Source: Bacteroidota bacterium (GTDB taxonomy: Bacteria; Bacteroidota; Bacteroidia; Bacteroidales; FEN-979). Taken from it: 64,000 bases of DNA. The notes beneath the pieces are model-generated. The model worked only from the letters and a program-made list of their open reading frames with translations. It was not told where the DNA came from and did no database searches. How positions within the stretch are numbered: the first letter of the stretch is position 1; each line of letters opens with the position of its first letter. Below, one piece after another: positions 9,762 through 19,366 of this stretch. The position numbers and the translations under genes were made by a program. Location: the NCBI GenBank assembly GCA_026391775.1, contig JAPLDK010000011.1:77066-141065 (forward strand), in the 5' to 3' direction.

Positions 9762-10892
9762 ATGAGTGTACGTGTTCAACCGGAGCTTAGGAACCAATTG
9801 ATTCAATTTGGCATTGGTGACTGGAATGCATGCTATCATTGCGGCACCTGCACTGCCCAATGCCCTCTTTCGGAAGAAGGCTTTCTTTTCCCGAGGAAAA
9901 AGATCCGCCTGATGCAGATGGGCCTGAAAAACGAGCTGGAAGCCAGTGTGGAGCCGTGGCTTTGTTATTATTGCGGCGACTGCTCAACATCCTGCCCCAG
10001 GGATGCCAATCCGGGCGAACTGATGATGTCGCTGAGAAGATATCTCACCTCAATCTATGACTGGACAGGTATGTCAAAGAAATTCTACACTTCTGAATTG
10101 TGGGAACTGGGCTTTATCATAGCGTTTGCCGCACTCGTTGTATTGTCGTTCCTAATCGTGCTTCCTTCTATGGGATATCATTTCACCAGGGAGCTGACAG
10201 CTGAAGGCGGAGTACAGGTCAATGCTTTCGCTCCAATCCATGTTGTCGAGACATTTGACTGGACCATGGCCGCCATAGTGGCATCCCTGCTTATTTCGAA
10301 CATTCTGAGGATGTATTACAAGATCATCTGGAAATATGGCAATATGAAAGTCAGCATATGGGTGCATATCAGGGAATTCTGGCTGCTTATCTTAAATTTC
10401 ACAGTACAACCGAAATTCAATAAATGCGATGACAAACGCTACTGGCTCTCACATTGGTTCCTGATGTCGGGGTACACTATCATGTTCATTGTTATTGTCG
10501 TCTATCTTCCATGGTTCCAAACAGAGAAGATCCTGCCGGTATGGCATCCTCAAAGGCTCCTCGGTTACTATGCAACCTTCGGGCTGCTCTTTGGTTTGTT
10601 CGTGGCTATAATCGGACGTATTCAACGGAAGGACATCAAATTTTTGTTTTCGCATATCAGTGACTGGCTTTTCCTCGCTATGCTAACCCTGACCGCAATT
10701 ACCGGCATACTGATCCATATTTTCAGGATAACCGGGATGCCGGTGGCCACATACATATCATACATTGCCCATATGTCGGTGCTGGTCCCGATGATTCTTA
10801 TCGAAGTGCCATTTTCAAAATGGTCCCATCTTGCCTACCGGCCTTTTGCCGTATATTTTCAACAGCTTAAAAAATATGCAGTTCCAAGGTAA
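9762..10892 (+). CDS. QmoC-like subunit: HdrC-type 2x[4Fe-4S] domain fused to a His-rich polytopic membrane domain
   Basis: N-terminal CYHCGTCTAQCP and CYYCGDCSTSCP are followed by at least five long hydrophobic segments with many His (WLSHWF, LIHIF, YIAHM, KWSHL). Confidence 0.7.
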   Translation: MSVRVQPELRNQLIQFGIGDWNACYHCGTCTAQCPLSEEGFLFPRKKIRLMQMGLKNELEASVEPWLCYYCGDCSTSCPRDANPGELMMSLRRYLTSIYDWTGMSKKFYTSELWELGFIIAFAALVVLSFLIVLPSMGYHFTRELTAEGGVQVNAFAPIHVVETFDWTMAAIVASLLISNILRMYYKIIWKYGNMKVSIWVHIREFWLLILNFTVQPKFNKCDDKRYWLSHWFLMSGYTIMFIVIVVYLPWFQTEKILPVWHPQRLLGYYATFGLLFGLFVAIIGRIQRKDIKFLFSHISDWLFLAMLTLTAITGILIHIFRITGMPVATYISYIAHMSVLVPMILIEVPFSKWSHLAYRPFAVYFQQLKKYAVPR

Positions 10893-10919
10893 TCCGATCA
10901 TCCCTGAAAAACAAAAATT

Positions 10920-12644
10920 ATGGAAGAACCGAGAATAGGGGTTTATGTCTGCTGGTGCGGCACCAATATCTCCAAAATGGTGGATGTGGAAGCTGTGACC
11001 AAGGAAGTCAGCACCCTGCCGAGCGTGGTCCTGTCAAAAAACTACAAATACATGTGTTCCGATCCAGGGCAGGATCTGATCATCAAGGATATCAAATCGC
11101 ATAATCTGAACCGGGTTGTTGTCGCTGCCTGCTCTCCCCGTCTTCACGAACTTACTTTCCGCAATGCCTGCGAGAAGGCAGGTATTAATCCCTACCTTTT
11201 CGAGATGGCAAACATTCGGGAGCAGGATTCCTGGGTACATACCGACCGCACTGAGGCAACCAAAAAAGCCATCGACCTTGTTATCGCAGCCATCAGAAGA
11301 GTAAGATACCACGAATCTTTGCAGAAACGCTCGGTGAATGTTGACCCGTCCACCCTTATCATTGGTGGAGGCATATCAGGAATGACTGCAGCTCTGGAGA
11401 TCGCAAATGCCGGCAAAAAAGTTTTCCTGATTGAAAAGGCCGACCATCTTGGTGGTCAGGTTGCGAGGTTCGACCTCACTTTCCCCCACCTCTCAAGCGC
11501 ACAACAGATGATAGGGCCAATGATACAGCGGGTTGAGAACCATCCCATGATCAATGTGTACCTGAACACTGAACTGAAAGAAGTCAAAGGGTACATAGGG
11601 AACTTCACGGCCAGGCTGCAGTTCATGGGTGTTGAACAGCCTGAGATAACCTTTGGCAATATCATAGCAGCTGTCGGCCTCAAACCGTTTGACCCATCAG
11701 TGATTGAAGAATACAGTTACGGCAAATTCCCGGATGTGATCACATCACTTGAATTCGAGGATAAGCTGAGGGCCGGCAGGATCCTTACAAAGTACGGCAA
11801 AGAGCCAAGGAATGTGGCAATCATACATTGCGTGGGCAGCCGAAACAAGAAATATCATGAGTACTGCTCCAGGGTCTGTTGCATGGTAGCATTGAAATTT
11901 GTCCATGAGATCCGCGCAGCACTGCCCGATGCCAATATTTTTGAGATTTATGCCGACATGAGGGCATATGGCAAAGGGCATGAAGAGTTCTATGCCATGA
12001 CCACGCATAAACAAATCATTTTTCTGATGTACGACCAGCAGAAACGCCTGCCCGTGATAAGTGAAGCTCACCGCGATGATGATTGCAATATGCTGATCGA
12101 AATGAATGAGCTTCTTTCGGGGATTGATATTGAAGTGCCTGTGGATATGGTGATACTGATGGTCAATATGGAGGCCCATGATAATGTCAAGGAAGTGGTC
12201 CGCGCTATTGGGGTGAGTTTATGCGGTAACCAGTTCTTTATTGAGAAACATCCGAAACTGGATCCGGTCGCCACGACTACCGGTGGTGTCTATATTGTCG
12301 GTACATGCCAGGGGCCTAAAGATATCCCGGATTCTGTTGCCCAGGCTAAAGCTGCTGCAGCCAGGATACTTGGGACTATTGCCCAGGGTTCTGTAGCGGT
12401 TGAAGTCACTACGGCCGTCGTTAACGAATCTCTTTGCTGTGGCTGCCAGACCTGCATCAGTGTATGCCCATATACGGCATTATCATATGATGAAATTAAA
12501 AAAGCATCGGTGGTCAATGAAGTATTATGTAAAGGTTGCGGAACCTGCGGAGGGTGTTGTCCGGCCGGGGCCATTACAAGTAAACATTTCACCGACCGCC
12601 AGATCCTTTCAGAGATTGAAGGTATAATGTCCATGTCATATTAA
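10920..12644 (+). CDS. HdrA/QmoB-type FAD and FeS flavoprotein, paralog 2, with C-terminal 2x[4Fe-4S] ferredoxin domain
   Basis: N-terminal IGVYVCWCGTNISK, IIGGGISGMTAALEIA, HCVGSRNKKYHEYCSRVCCMVALKF, and C-terminal CCGCQTCISVCP and CKGCGTCGGCCP. Confidence 0.88.
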   Translation: MEEPRIGVYVCWCGTNISKMVDVEAVTKEVSTLPSVVLSKNYKYMCSDPGQDLIIKDIKSHNLNRVVVAACSPRLHELTFRNACEKAGINPYLFEMANIREQDSWVHTDRTEATKKAIDLVIAAIRRVRYHESLQKRSVNVDPSTLIIGGGISGMTAALEIANAGKKVFLIEKADHLGGQVARFDLTFPHLSSAQQMIGPMIQRVENHPMINVYLNTELKEVKGYIGNFTARLQFMGVEQPEITFGNIIAAVGLKPFDPSVIEEYSYGKFPDVITSLEFEDKLRAGRILTKYGKEPRNVAIIHCVGSRNKKYHEYCSRVCCMVALKFVHEIRAALPDANIFEIYADMRAYGKGHEEFYAMTTHKQIIFLMYDQQKRLPVISEAHRDDDCNMLIEMNELLSGIDIEVPVDMVILMVNMEAHDNVKEVVRAIGVSLCGNQFFIEKHPKLDPVATTTGGVYIVGTCQGPKDIPDSVAQAKAAAARILGTIAQGSVAVEVTTAVVNESLCCGCQTCISVCPYTALSYDEIKKASVVNEVLCKGCGTCGGCCPAGAITSKHFTDRQILSEIEGIMSMSY

Positions 12645-12654
12645 CCGTAACAGT

Positions 12655-13092
12655 ATGAATTTCAGACCCACAATTGTAGCTTTCCTTTGCAACTGGTGCG
12701 CCTATACAGGCGCAGACCTTGCAGGCACATCGAGGCTTCACTATGCGCCGAATGTGCGTATCATCCGGATTATGTGTTCAGGCAGAATTGAACCCACTTT
12801 TATCCTGAAGGCCTTTAAAGAAGGAGCTGATGGTGTTCTTGTCTGTGGATGTCATCCGGGCGACTGCCATTACCAGGAAGGAAATTATAAATGCCTCAGG
12901 CGGTTTAAGCTGCTGGAAAAATTCGTCAGCCAGATGGGCATTGAAAAGGAACGGCTTAAGCTGGAATGGATCAGCGCCAGCGAAGGTAAACAGTTTGCCG
13001 AACTGATAAATGAGATGACAAAGACCATACTTCAGCTTGGTCCTGGCAAAGTGAATAAAACACTGGAATTTGAACATTTTAAAACGAAGTAA
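12655..13092 (+). CDS. mvhD: MvhD/FlpD-type hydrogenase delta subunit ([2Fe-2S])
   Basis: FLCNWCAYTGADLAG...IRIMCSGRIEP...GADGVLVCGCHPGDCHY is the classic MvhD signature. Confidence 0.92.
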   Translation: MNFRPTIVAFLCNWCAYTGADLAGTSRLHYAPNVRIIRIMCSGRIEPTFILKAFKEGADGVLVCGCHPGDCHYQEGNYKCLRRFKLLEKFVSQMGIEKERLKLEWISASEGKQFAELINEMTKTILQLGPGKVNKTLEFEHFKTK

Positions 13093-13094
13093 TC

Positions 13095-14075
13095 ATGGCT
13101 CAGGAATCCACCAAACCAAAACTTAAACTGGCAATATACTGGGGCGCTGCCTGCGGAGGCTGTTGTGTTTCCGTGCTCGACACGCATGAAAAGCTTCTTG
13201 ATATTGTTGCTGCAGCCGATCTTGTATTCTGGCCGATCGCGATGGATATTAAATACAAGGATGTTGAGAATATGCCCGATAAATCGATCGACCTGACACT
13301 TTTCAATGGGGCGGTCCGTAACAGTGAAAATAAACATTTGGCCCAGCTGCTCCGGCAAAAATCAAAAATCCTGGTGGCGTATGGCTCCTGCGCTTATATG
13401 GGGGGGATACCAGGCCTTGCAAACTTCTTCTCTCGCAATGAAATCTTTAAAAGGGCTTACGAGGAAACCGAATCTACCTTAAACCCTGATAAAACCATTC
13501 CTTTGCATAGTTTTAAAGTTAAAGAAGGAATCCTGGAGATCCCTGAAATGTTCAATGATGTTTTTCCCCTGAACCAGATCGTGGATGTGGATTATTATAT
13601 TCCCGGATGTCCTCCTCAGAGTGAGAGGCTGCTGGAAGTATTTTCAGCGATTGTATCCGGGATAGGGCTTCCGCCGGCCGGCTCGGTTGTCGGAGCCAAT
13701 GACAAGACCAACTGTGATGAGTGCAAGCGGAAAAAGTCCGATAAGAAGCAGATCAAAAGATTTTACAGACCCTGGGAGATCCAGGATGATAAAGAAACTT
13801 GTTTTATTGAACAGGGGGTTATCTGCATGGGTCCTGCAACCCGCGGAGGGTGCGGAGTCCGTTGTGTGGAAGGCAACTCTCCATGCCGGGGATGCTACGG
13901 ACCACCTCCCGGAGCAACCGACCCGGGCGCAAAAATGATGGCAGCAATCGGGACCATGATAGCTGCCGACAAACCTGAAGAGATTGATGAAATAATTGAA
14001 ACTATTGTTGACCCGGCCGGACTGTTCTACCGTTTCAGCCTGCCCGGCTCTATCTTGGGGAGGAAGATACTATGA
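13095..14075 (+). CDS. mvhG: [NiFe] hydrogenase small subunit, MvhG-like (group 3 type)
   Basis: No Tat signal. N-terminal WGAACGGCCVS, GCPP, and a C-terminal Cys-rich cluster region (CMGPATRGGCGVRCVEGNSPCRGCYGP). It sits directly upstream of the large subunit. Confidence 0.88.
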   Translation: MAQESTKPKLKLAIYWGAACGGCCVSVLDTHEKLLDIVAAADLVFWPIAMDIKYKDVENMPDKSIDLTLFNGAVRNSENKHLAQLLRQKSKILVAYGSCAYMGGIPGLANFFSRNEIFKRAYEETESTLNPDKTIPLHSFKVKEGILEIPEMFNDVFPLNQIVDVDYYIPGCPPQSERLLEVFSAIVSGIGLPPAGSVVGANDKTNCDECKRKKSDKKQIKRFYRPWEIQDDKETCFIEQGVICMGPATRGGCGVRCVEGNSPCRGCYGPPPGATDPGAKMMAAIGTMIAADKPEEIDEIIETIVDPAGLFYRFSLPGSILGRKIL

Positions 14076-15535
14076 AGCATATAAGCATTGATCCGATTAC
14101 AAGGCTTGAAGGCCATGGGAAGATAGAAATCTACCTCAACAATGAAGGGGAAGTTGAGAATGCCTACTTCCAGGTCCCCGAGCTGAGGGGTTTTGAAAAG
14201 TTTTGTGAAGGCCGGCCGGTTGAAGAACTGCCATCCATCGTCACAAAAATATGTGGTGTTTGTCCTGGCTGCCATCATATGGCTTCAGGCAAAGCCGTTG
14301 ATGGTGTTTTCGGTGTTGAACCACCCCCTACCGCTAAAAAATTAAGAGAACTTTTCTACATGGCTCATTTTGTCCACAGCCATATTGCCCACTTTTATGC
14401 TCTGGCAGCTCCCGACTTCGTTGTAGGCCCTACTGCAAACCCGGCTGAACGGAATATACTCGGGGTCATCGGTAAAGTAGGCCTGCAGATAGGGTCAGAA
14501 GTCATCAAACAGCGCCGAATTGCCCAGGAAATACAAGCACTTATCGGAGGTCACCAAACGCATGTCGTCATGAATACCCCCGGCGGGGTAAAAAAAGGCA
14601 TCACTCCGGAGCAACGGGATGATATTATAAAAAAAGCAGAAGGATTCGTTGAATTTGCAAAATTCTCGATTCAATTGTTCAAGGATGTGGTACTCGGAAA
14701 TAAGGAGTATGTCGAGCTCATCCTGCACGGCCCTTATTCATTGACACTGCATTCCATGGGGCTGGTCGATGAACAGAATAAAGTCAATTTCTATGACGGG
14801 AAAGTAAGGGTCGTAGATACCATTGGTAAAGAACTTTACAAGTATGCGCCAGGGCAGTACCTTGATTTCGTTGAGGAGCGGGTCGAACCATGGACATACC
14901 TGAAATTCCCATACCTTAAAAAGATCGGGTGGAAGGGCTTCACCGACGGCCAGGAATCAGGAGTTTACCAGGCTACACCACTGTCAAGACTGAATGCAGC
15001 TGACGGGATGGCAACGCCTATAGCTCAGCAGGAGTATGATTTTATGTATAAAACCCTTGGTGGGAAGCCGGTCCATGCTACACTTGCTATGCATTGGGCC
15101 AGGCTGATCGAATTGATATACGCAGCTGAACATTGCCTTGAACTCGCATTGGATCCGGAAATAACAGGTAAAGAACTTCGGGCCCCATTGGGGAAAATAG
15201 TCGGCGAAGGAATAGGAATTGTCGAAGCCCAGAGAGGAACACTCACCCATCATTACTGGACTGATGACAGAGGATTGGTCAGAAAAGTCAACCTGATCGT
15301 AGGAACCACCAACAATCATGCAGCGATCTGCATGTCAATTAAAAAAGCTGCCCAGGGCCTTATCAAAAAAGGCAGCGAGATAACGGAAGGGACACTGAAC
15401 ATGATTGAAATGGCCTTCAGGGCCTATGATCCTTGCTTCTCATGTGCCACTCATTCCCTTCCCGGCCAGATGAAGATGGTCCTTAACATCAGGGATATTG
15501 AAGGCAATATCATTGATTCATTCAGTAGAAAATAA
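14072..15535 (+). CDS. mvhA: [NiFe] hydrogenase large subunit, MvhA-like
   Basis: RLEGHGKIEI N-terminus, L1 motif KICGVCPGCHH, and C-terminal DPCFSCATH followed by a 26-aa tail expected to be cleaved. ATGA overlap with mvhG. Confidence 0.93.
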   Translation: MKHISIDPITRLEGHGKIEIYLNNEGEVENAYFQVPELRGFEKFCEGRPVEELPSIVTKICGVCPGCHHMASGKAVDGVFGVEPPPTAKKLRELFYMAHFVHSHIAHFYALAAPDFVVGPTANPAERNILGVIGKVGLQIGSEVIKQRRIAQEIQALIGGHQTHVVMNTPGGVKKGITPEQRDDIIKKAEGFVEFAKFSIQLFKDVVLGNKEYVELILHGPYSLTLHSMGLVDEQNKVNFYDGKVRVVDTIGKELYKYAPGQYLDFVEERVEPWTYLKFPYLKKIGWKGFTDGQESGVYQATPLSRLNAADGMATPIAQQEYDFMYKTLGGKPVHATLAMHWARLIELIYAAEHCLELALDPEITGKELRAPLGKIVGEGIGIVEAQRGTLTHHYWTDDRGLVRKVNLIVGTTNNHAAICMSIKKAAQGLIKKGSEITEGTLNMIEMAFRAYDPCFSCATHSLPGQMKMVLNIRDIEGNIIDSFSRK

Positions 15536-15544
15536 TGTTAAATT

Positions 15545-16036
15545 ATGGAAACAGAAAAAATTCTTGTTCTGGGCATAGGTAATGACATCCTCACGGATGA
15601 TGGTATCGGGCCAAAACTGGTCAGAGACCTAACTAATATGAAGCTGAACGTTGAGATTACATTTGAAACTGCTGCAGTGGGAGGCCTGGAGTTGCTGGAA
15701 ATTGTATCTGGGTATTCCCGCATTTTTATGATAGACGCCATCAGGACTTCAGGAGGGAAACCAGGGAATGTATACTTTCTCTCTCCGGATGATTTCAGGG
15801 AAACCATGCACATTTCAAACCTGCATGACATTAACTTCTTTACGGCACTTGAACTTGGCAACAAACTGAATTACCCTCTCCCCTCTGAGATTATGATAAT
15901 AGCCGTGGAGATAGCGGAAGACCTTGAATTCAGCGAACAACTAAGCCCGGCACTTCAAAAGCGCTATCCTGAAATCCTTTCGAAGGTCTCAAAGTTTCTT
16001 CTTGAGGCTCTGCTATTCCAGAAATTCAAAGCCTGA
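15545..16036 (+). CDS. Hydrogenase maturation endopeptidase (HyaD/HycI/FrhD family)
   Basis: ILVLGIGNDILTDDGIG motif, about 160 aa, immediately downstream of the large subunit. Confidence 0.88.
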   Translation: METEKILVLGIGNDILTDDGIGPKLVRDLTNMKLNVEITFETAAVGGLELLEIVSGYSRIFMIDAIRTSGGKPGNVYFLSPDDFRETMHISNLHDINFFTALELGNKLNYPLPSEIMIIAVEIAEDLEFSEQLSPALQKRYPEILSKVSKFLLEALLFQKFKA

Positions 16037-16051
16037 GACTCCTTCAGGATG

Positions 16052-19000
16052 TTAATAGGTTGTCCGGGCTGTGTAGTGTGTATGCAGCAGGTCTTCTGCC
16101 ACAGGGCCCATTGGATCGAGCAGGAATTCTTCATATGCTGCCAGGGCTTCTGGATTTTCATTAGCCTTCCGCAGATCAAGTCCCATTTCTTCAGCATATA
16201 ATGCCTGAACCCTTTTCAAGCGGATGTCAGGATTGGTGGGTATCGGCTGCCCCCCTCCGCCAAGGCATCCTCCGGGGCAAGCCATGATCTCGATAAAATG
16301 GAATTGGGAATCTCCGTTCCTAATCATTTGCATCAGGGTTTTTGCATGTGCCAGTCCATGAGCAACGGCAACTTTTAATTCCAAACCGTTCATGAAATTC
16401 CATTGTTCAAGACAATCCTGGATAGGCAGAGTGAGTTCCTTAATGCCATCCATACCACGGACCGGCCTGATGATCAGGTTTTCATATGGAACATCCCTGC
16501 CCGTGATCTTGTCATATACTGTGCGCAGTGCCGATTCCATAACACCTCCGGTGGCTCCGTAAATAACGCCTGCTCCGGAAGACCTGCCCATGAGGTCATC
16601 ATAATGGTCATTGGGCAGGGTTTTGAAATCAATGCCTGCCTGTATAATCATAATAGCCAGTTCACGGGTAGTAAGGACGAAGTCGACATCCTTAAACCCG
16701 CTGCCTCTCATCTCGGGGCGGTCAGCCTCAAACTTCTTCGCCGTACAGGGCATAATAGATACAGTGACAATATTTTCAGGCTTGATCTGGCGCTTTTTTG
16801 CATAGTAAGTTTTTGCCAGTACGCCAAACATCTGCTGAGGGGATTTACAGGTGGAAAGATGAGGCAGAAGATCCGGGAAATAATGCTCGCAGTATTTGAT
16901 CCATGCCGGGGAACAGGAAGTGATCATGGGTAGCTTTACAGTGTCATCATGAAAGTCCATTTTCTTTCGGAGCCTGTCGAGCAACTCTGCACTTTCTTCA
17001 ATGGTAGTGATATCGGCTGAAAATGCAGTATCCAGAACAGTATCAAATCCCAGTCTTCTCAGTGCGCTGACAAGCTTTCCTGTCACGCGTTTCCCGGGCT
17101 CGATGCCCAGGTCCTCCCCTATGGCGACCCTGACAGCAGGCGCTGTTTGAACAATCACATGCTTTTCTTTGTTCCATATGGCATGCCAGACTTCTTCAAT
17201 ATAATTCTTTTCAACCAAAGCGCCTGTCGGACAGCGGTCAATGCATTGTCCGCAATTAGTGCAGAATACTTCATACATGGATTTTCCCATATACGTTGAG
17301 ATCTTCATATTACTGCCCTTATGAGCCACCCAAACGGCACTCACACCCTGTATCTCGGAACAAGTGCGCACACAGCGCTGGCACCGCACACATTTACGGT
17401 CATCCTTGACAATTGCAGGAGAGAGTGTATCGAGTGTAATTCTTTCCTCATGGTGAAGAGGGATAAAAGTGGGATTAATAATCTTGAATTCAGATGCCAG
17501 GTTCTGAAGTTCACATTTGCCACTTTTATAGCAATTGGTGCAATCTGTAAAATGTTCCGATAGGAGCAATTCAAGCATTGCTTTCCGGGCGGTCCGAACA
17601 TTCATGCTGTTGGTTAATATGACCATGCCTTCTTCCAGAGGAGTAGAGCAGGAAGTAACCAGGTGTTTCGATTTTTCCAGTTCCACAATGCAGATCCTGC
17701 AATTCCCTGCTATCTTCAGGTCCTTGTGATAGCAAAGGGTCGGAATATGGATATTCATTGATCTGGCGGCATCCAGTATAGATAATCCTTCTTCAACGAA
17801 TACGGTCTGCCCGTCTAAAGTGACTTTGATTTTTTTCTTTAATGTCACTTCTTTTGATAACCCCACATAAAGGTCATACTTCTCGGCAATCTCATCCTGT
17901 GCAAGCTGGAGGGGTATACTTATATGGTCATATAAATCCTGTTTGCTGAAATGATAATCTTTTGACTGAAGGAGGTAATTGTTGATGGACTCGGCGAAAA
18001 TACCGAGCAGGGCGCTGATCTCAGCGCCGGTAAACCCTTCCTCGAAACGAGGCTGGGCAATATCATCCGTATAATTGATGATCAGGCTACGGTCTCCGTT
18101 GAGGATGGTTGAAGCCAGAACATTAAACAGTGTTAAGAGAACCAGATTAAGTTCCTGGATATCCATATGCTGATAATGCGACAGATCGACCGTGCTGCTT
18201 TCGGAATTTACCCTTACAATCATGGTATTGACCAGGTTCTCCTTGTCCCTTAAAAGAATTTCATAGATAAGGAGGTTTGTACGTACGGAAATGTGCCGTA
18301 AAGCAGCTTCATTCTTCACCTGCCATTCCATAGGATTGCTTTTCATCCTGGCAAGGAGGAACATCAGCCTTCTCATGATATGAAGGCGTGCAAGTGGTTC
18401 CCAACCCAGGGCCTGCCTGGTGTAGGAAGCATCCGTATCGAGTTTGAGGTCAAGATATTTCAGCATCCAGAAGCGTTCAAAAGGTACGGGTGTAAGTCTA
18501 AGCTTTCCCATGGCGATCCGGACTGCAATACCCGGATAAGCAAGGAGTCTTGGAATAAAGAATGGCTTTATAGCTTTCCCGAAAAAGTCTTTTGTTGCGA
18601 TCCCGAACAACTCCTTATGCGAAGTGCTCCCGTCGTGGCTGGCTGCATAAATATCAAATTGAGGCAGAAGGTGGCTTTTCTGCAAAACAATCACAATAAG
18701 CCTTGCCAGGTCGTGGATGTGAATATATGGCACGGCAGACTCGCCTTTCCCACCAAGAATCCTTGAGTCATATCCATTTGACAACCATGTCCCGAGAAAT
18801 TTGTACAGGGGTGGGTATTCGCAGAAATCACTGAACACAGCGGCAAAACGGATAACAATGGCGGGAATATCTTTGGAATTGTTCCTCAGCAGTTCTTCCC
18901 CTATTTTCTTGGTTTTGGCATATGCGAAATCTGCATCCGGTGAGGTCTTCTCACTGATAAAGTGGTCCGGGCCAGGGAAATTGCAGGCGGCCAGTGAACT

Positions 19001-19366
19001 GGCGAAAATAAAACGCTTGATTTTAAGCTGCCTTGCCAGGTCAAGGACATTCCTGGTCCCGTCAATATTCGTCCTCTGGTAAGCAATATCATCAGAATAA
19101 CTAAAATCATAAAAAGCAGCCAGATGCAGGAGGAAATCTGCACCCCCATTCAAATGTATCTCCTTGTAAACTTCCCTGATCTGCGCTGAATGAGCAATAT
19201 CCCATTGGATCCAATGGATATTTGGATGCTCGGCAATATTAGCTTCTTTCGCGGACCTTCGAGCAATGGCAAAAACCGTGAATTGTTCCTTGACAAATTC
19301 AAGAAAATACCGGCCTATAAAACCGGATGCGCCTGTGATTATAAGTGAAGGCAGACTGGAGTTCAT
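16052..19366 (-). CDS. Fusion protein: extended-SDR (NAD-dependent epimerase/dehydratase-type) domain, helical linker, then full-length M3-type [FeFe] hydrogenase
   Basis: One uninterrupted 1104-aa ORF. N-terminus has ITGASGFIGRYF (GxxGxxG), FASSLAA and YAKTK (YxxxK). From about residue 515: 2Fe-2S and FeS domains (CYHKDLKIAGNCRICIV, EHFTDCTNCYKSGKCELQ, CVRCQRCVRTC, CTNCGQCIDRCP). H-cluster motifs are TSCSPAW, MPCTAKKFE and EIMACPGGCLGGGGQP. Confidence 0.85.
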   Translation of the reverse strand: MNSSLPSLIITGASGFIGRYFLEFVKEQFTVFAIARRSAKEANIAEHPNIHWIQWDIAHSAQIREVYKEIHLNGGADFLLHLAAFYDFSYSDDIAYQRTNIDGTRNVLDLARQLKIKRFIFASSLAACNFPGPDHFISEKTSPDADFAYAKTKKIGEELLRNNSKDIPAIVIRFAAVFSDFCEYPPLYKFLGTWLSNGYDSRILGGKGESAVPYIHIHDLARLIVIVLQKSHLLPQFDIYAASHDGSTSHKELFGIATKDFFGKAIKPFFIPRLLAYPGIAVRIAMGKLRLTPVPFERFWMLKYLDLKLDTDASYTRQALGWEPLARLHIMRRLMFLLARMKSNPMEWQVKNEAALRHISVRTNLLIYEILLRDKENLVNTMIVRVNSESSTVDLSHYQHMDIQELNLVLLTLFNVLASTILNGDRSLIINYTDDIAQPRFEEGFTGAEISALLGIFAESINNYLLQSKDYHFSKQDLYDHISIPLQLAQDEIAEKYDLYVGLSKEVTLKKKIKVTLDGQTVFVEEGLSILDAARSMNIHIPTLCYHKDLKIAGNCRICIVELEKSKHLVTSCSTPLEEGMVILTNSMNVRTARKAMLELLLSEHFTDCTNCYKSGKCELQNLASEFKIINPTFIPLHHEERITLDTLSPAIVKDDRKCVRCQRCVRTCSEIQGVSAVWVAHKGSNMKISTYMGKSMYEVFCTNCGQCIDRCPTGALVEKNYIEEVWHAIWNKEKHVIVQTAPAVRVAIGEDLGIEPGKRVTGKLVSALRRLGFDTVLDTAFSADITTIEESAELLDRLRKKMDFHDDTVKLPMITSCSPAWIKYCEHYFPDLLPHLSTCKSPQQMFGVLAKTYYAKKRQIKPENIVTVSIMPCTAKKFEADRPEMRGSGFKDVDFVLTTRELAIMIIQAGIDFKTLPNDHYDDLMGRSSGAGVIYGATGGVMESALRTVYDKITGRDVPYENLIIRPVRGMDGIKELTLPIQDCLEQWNFMNGLELKVAVAHGLAHAKTLMQMIRNGDSQFHFIEIMACPGGCLGGGGQPIPTNPDIRLKRVQALYAEEMGLDLRKANENPEALAAYEEFLLDPMGPVAEDLLHTHYTARTTY

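Noticed and set aside
7943-13092. Possible selenocysteine (in-frame TGA) in the HdrA/MvhD-type genes, as seen in some methanogens and deltaproteobacteria
   Set aside because: All four ORFs are continuous with Cys codons at the relevant motif positions, and no interrupted frames were seen.
16031-16047. Short inverted repeat CCTGAGACTCCTTCAGG between the convergent endopeptidase and fusion-hydrogenase genes, considered as a terminator
   Set aside because: The stem is only 5 bp with no T-run, and it overlaps the stop codon of the endopeptidase gene. This is too weak to annotate.
16403-16933. 176-aa plus-strand ORF. The same applies to similar long antisense ORFs: 2505-2960, 4619-5113, 11745-12179, 18380-18766, 21851-22270, 23507-24013, 35049-35633, 37491-38033, 41661-42125, 42626-43162, 44379-44894, 44602-45162, 53292-53798, 57741-58226 and 62799-63218.
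   Set aside because: Each lies entirely inside, and antisense or out of frame to, a gene with unmistakable family motifs. Their translations are low-complexity or Arg/Ser/Pro-rich with no recognisable motif. They are typical shadow ORFs.
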